A stretch of 64,000 nt of DNA from Azolla caroliniana (taxonomy: Eukaryota > Plantae > Polypodiophyta), in assembly GCA_043228905.1 (NCBI GenBank), contig JBHGNT010000017.1, positions 14,198,001 through 14,262,000 on the forward strand, written 5' to 3'. Each line of letters starts with the position of its first letter. Position 1 is the stretch's first letter. The notes below the pieces were generated by a model that was not told the origin of the DNA, ran no database searches, and worked only from the letters and a program-made list of their open reading frames with translations. Of this stretch, positions 24,286 to 35,159 are shown piece by piece. The translations under genes and the position numbers were made by a program.

Positions 24286-25685
24286 ATGGACGATTTCCTC
24301 GTGGGCGGTGATAGATTGGAGGAATGAGATGAACTGGGAAGAGCTGTTGGCAGCGCGGATTTGACAGCTTGAGCGAAGACTAGAGGACATAGAGTGGGCA
24401 GGTCGATAATTGGCTGCAACTCCTACCCTACGCACTATGGGCAGACCGGACAACGCATAGTTCAGTAACTGGGTATATGCCGGCGGAGCTGATGTACGGG
24501 CAGAAACCGGTCATGCCGGTGGAACGGACGATTTCCTCGTGGGTGGTGATAGATTGGAGGAACGAGATGAGTCTCGAAGAGCTGTTGGTAGCGCGGATTC
24601 GACAGCTCGAGCGAAAACTAGAGGACGTGGAGCGGGCAAAGACAAAGCTGCAAATGACGAGGGAGAGGAACAAAGGCCGGTCCGACCTGACACACCGGCT
24701 GCGGCCAAAGAGGATCGAGGAAGGCAATTGGGTGTTGGTGTACGATAGTAGCCTCGACAACCAACACAAGGCAACGTGCAAATTCACAAGGAGGTGGTTT
24801 GGGCCCTACGCAGTTACGAGCGCGAATGACAAAGGGACGTACCATCTTGCAGCGCTCGAAGGGACGCGATTAATAGTTCCGGTAGCCGGGAAGTGGATCA
24901 AGGCGTTCAAGAAGCGGCATGAGGATGAGCTGGACTCGGGAAGCGTGACCGACGATGACGACTGGTTCGGAGCAGACGAGGATTCGGGAGGTGACAGATG
25001 ATTATGGGCTGGTCTTCTTCGGCAATTGTTCGTGTCTGGCGCATACCGGTGGATGCGTGGTTTGGTGGGGGCGGATGTCGTGAAGAAAATCGGCCCTAAG
25101 AGGAATCAAGGAATTAAAGGCGTGAACCCGCCCTTGCACGAGTGTGCACAAATTGATATCAATTGTACATAACTAGGAATAGGACGACTGATATAAATAT
25201 ACTAGGTGTGACCTTTTTATTAGGAAATCGATGCGTATCTTTGTCTGAAGGGACAAAGAATAAAGTTGACGTGTTTTGACGTAACAGCCTCCTCGGCGAC
25301 CTATAAAAGGGGGGGGAGAAGAGGAAGGGGGATATCACATTTTTGGGGAGAGAGGGAGGTGCTGTCGGACTAGGAACCGAGCACTCTCCTCGACTATCAT
25401 CATTCTTGCAGGGTTTTAATCGTGACTGTTATTGGAATTGAATCTCTTGTTCTCGTCTATCTGTGTTTCTGGGTGTCTCCTCTTTTGTTTCTCTCGACTG
25501 TGCTTCTTGGTTAAGTCGGTATACGCGTTGGTGGTTCATTCAGCGGGCAAGTCCTGTTGGTTGCTGACAGGTTTAGTAGGCCATGCACTTGTGCGCTCCT
25601 CGCTTCCTCTTGTCTCTCTTGCTACTCGGTTCAGGGCCCCCGTGGTCCCGCCTTATTTCACAAGCGTAAGCGAAACAACATGACA
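24286..25685 (+). mobile_element. 3' fragment of a Ty3/gypsy element: integrase C-terminus, PPT, LTR 25076-25685
   Basis: ORF 24477-25001 (PAELMYGQKP..WVLVYDSSLDNQH..WFGPY), PPT TTTGGTGGGGGCGGA, LTR TGTCGTG...CATGACA with TATAAAA; 24286-24395 duplicates part of 24523-24640. Confidence 0.85.
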
Positions 25686-25740
25686 CCGTGCAAGCTTCTG
25701 CGAATTACCGATACATCCTGGCAATCAGGAAATTGTCGAG

Positions 25741-25791
25741 TGTCTATATGTACACTACAGTCCTACGCTATACCAACTGAGCTAAGGCCGG
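25741..25791 (-). pseudogene. trnY: tRNA-Tyr 5' half plus intron (truncated)
   Basis: Reverse complement reads CCGGCCTTAGCTCAGTTGGTATAGCGTAGGACTGTAG-intron; 3' half missing. Confidence 0.8.
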
Positions 25792-26343
25792 AGTATAAAT
25801 TTAGATTTAACTGACTATTTAATATTATAATTTTCTTCGATTTCCTTCTCTATGCCTTTGTGAATTTGATAACTTCATCTCACCTTGTTGTTTTTCTTTG
25901 AAATGTTGATTTATAATCTAGTGATACCATTTTCCATAGACCAAAAAGTGGTATTATATATAAAACATAAAAATAAAAGTGCCATACTCACAAAATTTTC
26001 TAATAATAGACCAACTAATAAGAATATATACAAACTTAGAATATGAAGTGATGTCCTATTTATACCTAAAGTAATGAAATAAGGATATGCCAAACACTTG
26101 TGAAACTCAAACCCTCGACATAAGGGTGTGTATACATGCATTGTTATTTGCTCGTCGACCCAAGAGTGTGTATACATACATTGTTATTTGTTCATGGACC
26201 CACATAGGTATGTAAAGACTTTGAAATGTTTCTGTGCATGTATGTTCAAATCAAAATGATTTATATATCTTTGACGACATTGTTCATCGACCCAACAATC
26301 ATATTATACGCATGTTGCAATGTGAAGAATACACAAATTTAAG

Positions 26344-26429
26344 TTCGACCTATTGGATTCGAACCAACGACCTAAGCATGTCTATAGGTACACTATAATC
26401 CTCCGCACTACCAACTGAGCTAAGGTAAG
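26344..26429 (-). pseudogene. trnY: tRNA-Tyr-derived pseudogene (anticodon mutated to ATA)
   Basis: 86 nt; A and B boxes intact; acceptor stem mismatches. Confidence 0.85.
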
Positions 26430-26844
26430 ACAATGAATTTAGATTTAATTGACTATTTAATATTATAATTTTCTACTGTTTCCTTGTCTATGCACATATG
26501 AAGTTGTTGACTTTATATCACCATTTTGTTTTTCTTTCAAATGGTGATTTATAATATCGTGATAACATTTTCCGTAGACCAAGAAGTGATATTATATGCA
26601 GAACATAGAAATACAAGTAGCATAGTGCCGAACGTTTCTAATAATAGACCAACTAATCACCATATATACAAAATTAAAATACGAAGTGATGTTCTATTTA
26701 TACCTAAAGTAATGAAATGAGGATAATAAGCGTTCCAAGGAAAAACAACAAGGTGAGATTAACTCATCAAATTGCTATGTGCATAGAGAAGGAGAAAGAA
26801 AAGAATTATAATATTAACTAGTCAATTAAATTGAAATTCATACT

Positions 26845-26930
26845 CCGACCTTAGCTCATATTGTAGAGCTGAGCAATATAGTATACATATAGAAATCCTT
26901 AAGTCATTCGTTACAATTCGACAGGTCTAA
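26845..26930 (+). pseudogene. trnY: Highly degenerate tRNA-Tyr pseudogene
   Basis: CCGACCTTAGCTCA...ACAGGTC; both boxes broken. Confidence 0.75.
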
Positions 26931-27133
26931 CTTCTCCTTGCCTATGCTTCACATTGTCGCTTGTATATCATGTGACTTGTGGATTGCTAAAGAATTTTAT
27001 CAACAGTTTATAAATTGGTTTGATTTGAAAATAAATGCAAGAAAAGATGAACTCTTCACATATCTACGTGGGTTGACGAATAAATTAGGCAGCGGAAGAA
27101 TATTAAATAGTCAATTAAAATGAAACTTATAAT

Positions 27134-27219
27134 GTGACCTTAGCTCAGTTCGTAGAGTGGAGGATTGTAGTGTACGTATAGACATCTTTAGGTCATTGGT
27201 TCAAATTCGACAGGTCAGA
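27134..27219 (+). pseudogene. trnY: tRNA-Tyr(GTA) pseudogene with 13-nt intron
   Basis: Matches the array consensus with multiple stem and box substitutions. Confidence 0.85.
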
Positions 27220-27731
27220 CTTAAACTTGCCTATGCGTCATATTCTAACTTGTATATAATGTGATTTGTGGGTCGATGAACAATGTCCTCGAAGCTATTT
27301 AAATCAGTTTGATTTGAAAATACATGCACGGAAAGATTTTACCCTCTTTACATAGCTATGTGGGTCCTCGAACAAATTACAATGTATGTAAACATATCCT
27401 TATGTCGAGGGTTTGAGTTTTGCAAGTCTTTGGCTTATCCTTATTTCATTACTTTAGGTATAAATAGAACATCACTTCGTATTCTATGTTTGTATATATT
27501 CTGATTAGTTGGTCTATTATTAGAAAATTTTGTGAGTATGGCACTTTTATTTTTATGTTTTATATATAATACCACTTCTTGGTCTATGGAAAATGTTATC
27601 ACTAGATTATAAATCAACATTTCAAAGAAAAAAAACACGGTGAGATGAAGTTATCAAATTCACAAATGCATAGAGAAGGAAACGGAAGAAAATTATAATA
27701 TTAAATAGTTAGTTAAATCTAAATTTATACT

Positions 27732-27817
27732 CCAACCTTAGCTCAGTTGGTACATCGTAGGACTGTAGTGTACATATAGACATCCTTAGGTCGTTGGTTT
27801 CAATTTGACAAGTTGGA
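27732..27817 (+). pseudogene. trnY: tRNA-Tyr(GTA) pseudogene with 13-nt intron
   Basis: A box intact; B box broken (GGTTTCAATTT). Confidence 0.85.
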
Positions 27818-28318
27818 TTTAATCTTTCCTATGCTTCACATTCCAACTTGTATATAATGTGATTTGTGGGTCGACGAAGAATGTTATCAAGGGTTTATAA
27901 ATCAACTTGATTTGAAAATAAATGCAAGGAATGATGAACTCTTTACATACCTACGTGGGTCGACGAATAAATTTTAGGGTATATATACACATCCTTATGT
28001 CGAGGGTTTGAGTTTCATAGGTTTTTGGCTTATCCTTACTTCATTACTTTAGGTATGAATAGAATATGTCTTTGTCTTGTAAGTTTGTATATAATGTGAT
28101 TAGTGGGTCTATTATTATAGAATTTTGTCACTATGGTGCTTCTATGTTTAAGTTTATATATCATACATCTTCTTGGTGTATGGACTATGTTATCATTAGA
28201 TTATAAATCAACATGTCAAGGAACAAGGTGAGATGAAGTCATTAAATTGGTATGTGTGTAGAAAAGGACACGGAAGAAAACTAGAATATTAACTAGTCAA
28301 TAAAATCAAATTCATACT

Positions 28319-28351
28319 CTGACCTTAGCTTTGTTAGTAGAGTTGAGGACT
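28319..28351 (+). pseudogene. trnY: tRNA-Tyr 5' fragment
   Basis: CTGACCTTAGCTTTGTTAGTAGAGTTGAGGACT, then a deletion into the spacer. Confidence 0.65.
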
Positions 28352-28515
28352 TATATAGAATACAACTTCTTGGTCTATAGACAATTTTATCATTGTATTA
28401 TAAATCAACACTCCAAGGAAAAATAACAAAATAAGATGAAGTCATCAAATTGCTATCTGCATAGAGAAAGAAATGCAAGTAAACATTAGCTAATCAATTA
28501 AACCAAAATTCATTA

Positions 28516-28600
28516 TTGTTCTTAGCTAAGTTGGTAGAGCGTAGGACTGCAGTGTACATATAGACATCATTAGGTTGTTGGTTTGATCCAACAGGTTGGA
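28516..28600 (+). pseudogene. trnY: tRNA-Tyr-derived pseudogene (anticodon GCA)
   Basis: Array consensus with broken acceptor stem and B box. Confidence 0.8.
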
Positions 28601-28640
28601 CTTAATCTTGCCTATGCTTCACATTGGAACTTGTATATAA

Positions 28641-30290
28641 CATACGAGTCTAATCATGACCTACAAAGGCACCATACTCCTTAGCTCACTTTTGCAGACA
28701 AAGAGGTTTGGTAGTGAATCTAGGTAAAATTGAATTCCTTACCTTCCATAGATATGTTGAGGTTAGGATTGTTAGGGTTGTGTACCTCCTAATGGGAGAA
28801 GTCGATAGTCGAATTGCAGGAGTCGACAAGCCAAATTGAGGATGGTCGATCGGATTGACAAGCTTGTCGACTTGGTAGTCAACTAATTGGAGGAATAATC
28901 CAATTAAAGGAAATGGAGAGTCAATTGTAGTAGTCGATTGTATTGGATGAATGATCCAAGTGAAAGACTAGGCTGACTAGTCGGGCACACCGGATGATCA
29001 ATGACAAAGTCTGCAAGTTGGACCGACTGCATAGCCGACATAGGAGTCGGCTAGTCGAATCGATTGGATTGTCGACTTGTGGGTCAGACAGTCGAGTTGA
29101 CTAGTCGACCGATTAACTATTATTATATTATTATAGTAATAACTTATCTCTTATATAAATATGTGGAGCTAGGGCAAACGTTATAAAGAAGTTGTAGAAC
29201 TGTGCAGAACAGTTGAGTGCTGATGTTAAGTGCTTGGATCACACCATGATTGGTAATGAAGAAGAGCGCATCAACAAGGACGTAGTATGGCTAAAGGACC
29301 TATGAAGAGGGAATGGCAAGAGGAAAGCGGGCTGAGAGACATCCATGTGTGAAAGGGCCATACCCTAAATGTAAATGCTATATAAACCACATGGTGGTGG
29401 CTTTGTAAGGTTTCTTCAATTTGTAAAAATCTCCCTATTAATTAAGAGTGAGAGCTTCCTCTCCTCCTTGTAACATTTAAGCTTAAGAGAGATTAGTGAG
29501 GTGTTTAATTAGAGAACACTAATATCTCTTCCTTGTTGGTGCTAGACCTCTTAGCAAAGAGGGTTAATAAACATATCCATCACTCTTATTGTCTATATGC
29601 ATTACCCTATTGTCTATGAGAGCGAGCTTAAGAGAGTGAGAGAGATATCGTGCTTAATCATCTATTAATCATTAAGTGAGTGTGATGCTCGGAGGTGTCC
29701 GACAACCATCTCCGCCCGATTCGCTATCAAAAGGGTATACGCCGGTCCGGACTCCACAAACGACATCGAGGAGTTAACTCCATTGATACATAGATCTTAC
29801 ACATCTATTTGGCAATGCTGCCAAGGATACGACCGACGCTTGAAGCTGACTTCGAGTGGTCAAACACTCGTAGGCAACCCACTTAACATTTCACATTTGA
29901 AATTGAAAGGAAATCGAAACACTCGTAGGAAATTGAAAGGAAACCACTATTTGTGTTAATTAAAAAGCTTGCTATTTCACATTTTAATTAAGTTAATTTT
30001 CTGTTTTTTATACAAACTATTTCACATTTTAATTAAGTTAATTTTCAGTTTTTTTTTAGTTGTAGTTTACCCTTCCTTAATCGCCCGAACATTACCAACC
30101 TATTCGCTCGGTTAACGCTAAACATTGTTGAGATATAGCCGTTGCTGGGCAAGACTAATCACCGCGATCCTCGTTGATTACGATCATCCCACGAGACATG
30201 AAACGGCCGTTGGCGCCAACAAATTCAAATTCCCCACTAAAAGTTCGACGAAAGATTAAATATCACTTTTGGCACTATACTACTTATAAT
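28641..30290. mobile_element. Non-array insertion containing an LTR-like repeat (related to 9420-9600)
   Basis: Interrupts the array spacer. GTCGA-rich segment 28800-29110 is homologous to the reverse complement of 9420-9600. TATAAAA near 29380. No clean TSD. Confidence 0.5.
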
Positions 30291-30466
30291 TCTACGTTAT
30301 GGATATAATATCACTTCTTGGTCTATGGAAAATGTTATCACGATATTATAAATCAACATTTGAAAGAAAAACAAAATGGTGATATGCAGCCAACCAATTC
30401 ATAGGTGCATAAGGAAACATTAAAAATTTACTATTTTAAATATTCAATTAAAGCTAAATTCATAGT

Positions 30467-30552
30467 TCGACCTTAGCTCAGTTGGTAGAGCGGAGGACTG
30501 TAGTGTACGTATAGACATCCTTAGGTCGTTGGTTTGAATCCGACAGGTCAGA
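30467..30552 (+). tRNA. trnY: tRNA-Tyr(GTA), intron-containing; likely pseudogene (C56 to T in B box)
   Basis: TCGACCTTAGCTCAGTTGGTAGAGCGGAGGACTGTAG-tgtacgtatagac-ATCCTTAGGTCGTTGGTTTGAATCCGACAGGTCAGA; one of the few copies followed by TTTT. Confidence 0.85.
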
Positions 30553-31007
30553 CATAAATTTTGGTATGGTTCATATTGCAACATGTATGTAATGTCATTG
30601 GTGGGTCGATGAACAATGTTGTCAAAGATATATAAATCAGTTTGACGAACAAATTACAATGCATGTATAGACACCCTTATGTCGAGGGTTTGAGTTTCAC
30701 AAGTGTTTGGCATATCCTTATTTCATTACTTTAGGTATAAATAGAACATCACTTCGTATTCTAAGATTGTATATATGGTGATTAGTTGATGTATTATTAG
30801 AAAGTTTCGGCACTATGCTACTTGTATTTCTATGTTGTGGATATAATATCCCTTCTTGGTCTACGGAAAATGTTATCACGATATTATAAATCACCATTTG
30901 CAAGAAAAAAAAACGGTGATATAAAGTCAACAAATTCATAGGTGGATAGACAAGGAAACATTAGAAAATTATAATATTAAATATTCAATTAAATCTAAAT
31001 TCCTACT

Positions 31008-31093
31008 ATGACCTTGGCTCAGTTGGTAGAGCGGAGGATTGTAGTGTATGTATAGACATGCTTAGGTCGTTGGTTCGAATCCGACAGGTCGGA
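31008..31093 (+). tRNA. trnY: tRNA-Tyr(GTA), intron-containing; boxes intact, acceptor and anticodon stem mismatches
   Basis: TGGCTCAGTTGG A box, GGTTCGAATCC B box. Confidence 0.85.
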
Positions 31094-31645
31094 CTTAAAT
31101 TTGTGTATGCTTCACATTGCAACATGCATATAATGTGATTGGTGGGTCAATGAACAATGTCGTCAAAGATATATAAACTAGTCTGATTTGAACATACATG
31201 TACAGAAGGATTTCTAACTCTTTACATACGTATGTAGGTTGATGAACAAATAACAATGTATGTATACACACCCTTGGGTCGACGAACAAATTACAATGCA
31301 TGTATACACACCGTTATGTCGAGGGTTTGAGTTTCAGAAGTGTTTGGCATATCCTTATTTCATTACTTTAGGTATAAATAGAACATCACTTCGTATTTTA
31401 AGTTTGTATATATGGTGATGAGTTGATGTATTATTAGAAAGTTTCGGCACTATGCTACTTGTATTTCTACGTTGTGGATATAATATCACTTCCTGGTCTT
31501 AGGAAAATGTTATCACGATGTTATAAATCACCATTTGAAAGAAAAACAAAACGGTGATATAAAGTAAACAAATTCATAGGTTCATAGACAAGGAAACAGT
31601 AGAAAATTATAATATTAAATAGTCAATTAAATCTAAATTCATAGT

Positions 31646-31731
31646 CCGACATTAGCTCAGTTGGTAGAGCGGAGGATTGTAGTGTACGTATAGACATCCT
31701 TAGGTCGTTGGTTCAAATCCAACAGGTCGGA
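31646..31731 (+). tRNA. trnY: tRNA-Tyr(GTA), intron-containing, near consensus
   Basis: A box intact, B box GGTTCAAATCC, one acceptor mismatch (A6). Confidence 0.88.
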
Positions 31732-32283
31732 CTTAAATTTGCGTATGATTCGCATTGCAATATGCATATAATGTTATTTGTGGGTCGATGAACAATGTCG
31801 TCAAAGATATATAAATCAATTTGATTTGAACATACATGCACAGAAAGATTTTAGACTCTTTACATACCTATGTGGGTCCACGACCAAATAACAATGTATG
31901 TATACACACCCTTGGGTCGATGAGCAAATTACAATACATGTATCCACAGCCTTATGTCGAGGGTTTGAGTTTCACAAGTTGTTGGTTTTTTCTTATTTCA
32001 TTACCTTCGGTATAAATAGGACATCACTTCGTATTCTAAGATTGTATATCTGATGATTAGCTGGTCTATTATTAGAAACTTTCGGCACTATGCTACTTCT
32101 ATTTCTACGTTCAACATATAATATCACTTCTTGGTCTACGGAAAATGTTATCGCCATATTATAAATCATGATTTGAAAGAAAAACAAAACGGTAATATAA
32201 AGTCAACAAATTCATAGGTACATAGACAAGAAAACAATAGAAAATTATAATATGAAATATTCAATTAAATCTAACTTTATAGT

Positions 32284-32369
32284 TCAGCCTTACCTCAGTT
32301 GGTAGAGTGGAGGATTGCAGTGTACGTATAGGCATCCTTAGGTCGTTGGTTCGAATATGACAAGACGGA
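32284..32369 (+). pseudogene. trnY: tRNA-Tyr-derived pseudogene (anticodon GCA)
   Basis: Multiple stem disruptions. Confidence 0.8.
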
Positions 32370-32920
32370 CTTAAGTTCGTGTATTGTTCACATTGGAACA
32401 TGCATATAATGTGATTGGTGGTTCGATGAGCAATGTCATCAAAGATATATAAATCAGTTTGATTTGAACATATATGCACAGAAACATTTCAAACTATTTA
32501 TATACCTATGTGGGTCCACGAACAAATAACAATGTATGTATACACAGCCTTAGGTCGACGAACAAATTACAATGCATGTATACACACCTTTAGGTCGAGG
32601 GTTTGAGTTTCACAAGACTTTCGTTCTCCTTATTTGATTACTTTTGGTATAATTAGAACATCACTTCATATTTTAAGTTTGTATATATGGTGATTAGTTG
32701 GTCTATTATTAGAAACTTTCCGCACTATGCTACTTGTAGTTCTACATTGTGGATATAACATCACTTCTTGGTCTTAGGAAAATGTTATCAGGATATTATA
32801 AATCACCATTTGAAAGAAAAACAAAACGGTGATATAAAGTCAACAAATTCATAGGTGCATAGATAAGGAAACAGTAGAAAATTATAATATTAAATAGTTA
32901 ATTAAATCGAAATTCATAGT

Positions 32921-33006
32921 CCGACCTTAGCTCAGTTGGTAGAGCGAAGGACTATAGTGTACGTATAGACATCCTTCGGTCGGTTCTTCGAATGCGACAG
33001 GTCGAA
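32921..33006 (+). pseudogene. trnY: tRNA-Tyr-derived pseudogene (anticodon ATA, T-arm broken)
   Basis: 5' end perfect; 3' half mutated. Confidence 0.85.
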
Positions 33007-33428
33007 CTTAAATTTGCGTATGCTTCACATTGCAACATGTATATAATGTGATTGGTAGGTCGATGAACAATGTCGTCAAAGATATATAAATCAGTTTGAT
33101 TAGAATGATATATAAATCAGTTTTTTTTGAACATATGTGCACAAAAACATTTCAGACTCTTTACATACCTATTTGGGTCCATGAACAAATTACAATGTAT
33201 GTATACACACCATTGGGTCGACGAGCAAATTACAATGCATGTATGCACAGTCTTATGTCAAGGGTTTGAGTTTCACAAGTCATTGGTTTATCCTTATTTC
33301 ATTACTTTCGGTATAAATAGAACATCACTTCATATTCTAAGATTGTATAAATGATAATTAGTTCCATAGACAAGGAAAACAGAAAAAATTTATTATTTTA
33401 AACAATCAATAAAACGTAAATCCATAAT

Positions 33429-33514
33429 CCGACCTTAGCTCAGTTCGTAGAGCGGAGGATTGTAATGTACGTATACACATGCTTAGGTCATTGGTATGAA
33501 TCCGACAGGTCGGA
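33429..33514 (+). pseudogene. trnY: tRNA-Tyr(GTA) pseudogene
   Basis: Acceptor stem perfect; A box (G18 to C) and B box (GGTATGAATCC) mutated. Confidence 0.85.
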
Positions 33515-34065
33515 CTTAAATTTGCGTATGCTTCACATTGCAACATGCATATAATGTGATTGGTGCGTCGATGAACAATCTCGTCAAAGATATATAAATC
33601 AGTTTGATTTAAACATACATGCACAGAAAGATTTCAGACTCTTTACATACCTATGTGGGTCCACGACCAAACAACAATGTATGTATGCACACCCTTTGGT
33701 CGATAAGCAAATTACAATACATGTATCCACAACCTTATGTCGAGGGTTTGAGTTTCACAAGTTGTTGGTTTTTCCTTATTTCATTACTTTCGGTATAAAT
33801 AGGACATCACTTCGTATTCTAAGATTGTATATCTGATGATTAGTTGGTCTATTATTATAAACTTTCGGCACTATGCTACTTCTATTTCTACGTTCAGCAT
33901 ATAATATCACTTCTTAGTCTACGGAAAATGTTATCACCATATTATAAATCACGATTTGAAAGAAAAACAAAACGGTGGTATGAAGTCAACAAATTGATAG
34001 GTGCATAGACAAGGAAATAGTAGAAAATTATAATATTAAGTGTCAATTAAATTTAAATTCATAGT

Positions 34066-34151
34066 CCAACCATAGCTCAGTTGGTAGAGCGTAGGATTGT
34101 AGTGTACGTATGGAAATCCTTAGGTTGTTGGTTCGAATCCGACAGGTCGGA
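34066..34151 (+). tRNA. trnY: tRNA-Tyr(GTA), intron-containing; boxes intact, acceptor mismatches
   Basis: TAGCTCAGTTGG and GGTTCGAATCC present. Confidence 0.85.
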
Positions 34152-34667
34152 CTTAAATTTGCGTATGCTTCACATTGCAACATGCATATAATGTGATTGG
34201 TGCGTCGATGAACAATGTCGTCAAAGATATATAAATCAATTGGATTTGAACATACATGCACAGAAACATTTCAGGCTCTTTACATACCTATGTGGGTTGA
34301 CAAACAAATAACAATCCATGTATACACACCGTTATGTCGAGGGTTTGAGTTTCACAAGTCTTTTGTTTATCATGATAATTTTCATTAGTCTAGGTATAAT
34401 TAGAACATCACTTCGTATTGTAAGATTGTATATATGATGATCAATTGGTCTATCATTAGAAACTTTTGGCACTATGCTACTTGTATTTCTACGTTCTGCA
34501 TATAATATCACTTCTTGGTCTACGGAAAATGTTATCACGATATTATAAATCACCATTTGAAAGAAAAACAAAACGGTGATATGAAGTCAGCAAATTCATA
34601 GGTGCATAAACAAGGAAACAGTAAAAATTTATTATTTGAAATAGTCAATTAAAGCCAAATTCATAGT

Positions 34668-34753
34668 CTGATGTTAGTTTATTTGGTAGAGCGGAGGACT
34701 GTAGTGTACGGATAGACATCCTTAGGTCGTTGGTCTGAATCCGACAGGTCGGA
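34668..34753 (+). pseudogene. trnY: tRNA-Tyr(GTA) pseudogene
   Basis: D arm and B box mutated; anticodon arm intact. Confidence 0.83.
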
Positions 34754-35159
34754 CTTTATGTGGGTCTAGGATCAAATAACAATGTATGTATACACACCCT
34801 TGGCTCGATGAGCAAATTACAGTGCATGAATACACACCCTTATGGCGGCTGTGTTTCACATGTCGTTGGTTTTTTTTTATTTCATTACTTTCGGTATAAA
34901 TAGAACACCACTTCGTATTCTAAGATTGTATATATGATGATTAGTTGGTCTATTATTACCGATAAGAATTAAAGACAGAAATGGGAAGTAGAGGGTACAC
35001 AAGAAGGTGACACAGGATGTTTACGTGGAAAACCCTAATAGGGAAAAAACCCCAGGAGCCCACAGACTCCGAACTATCACTATGAAAAGAAGGGGTACAA
35101 TTAGAGACTCGGAGGTAACAACCTCGAGCTCTGTTTCTTCGCATAGTGGCGGTTATGAT

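Noticed and set aside
26344-33006. Novel tRNA-Cys(GCA) or tRNA-Tyr(ATA) genes
   Set aside because: Anticodon changes occur in copies with broken stems or boxes, consistent with neutral decay.
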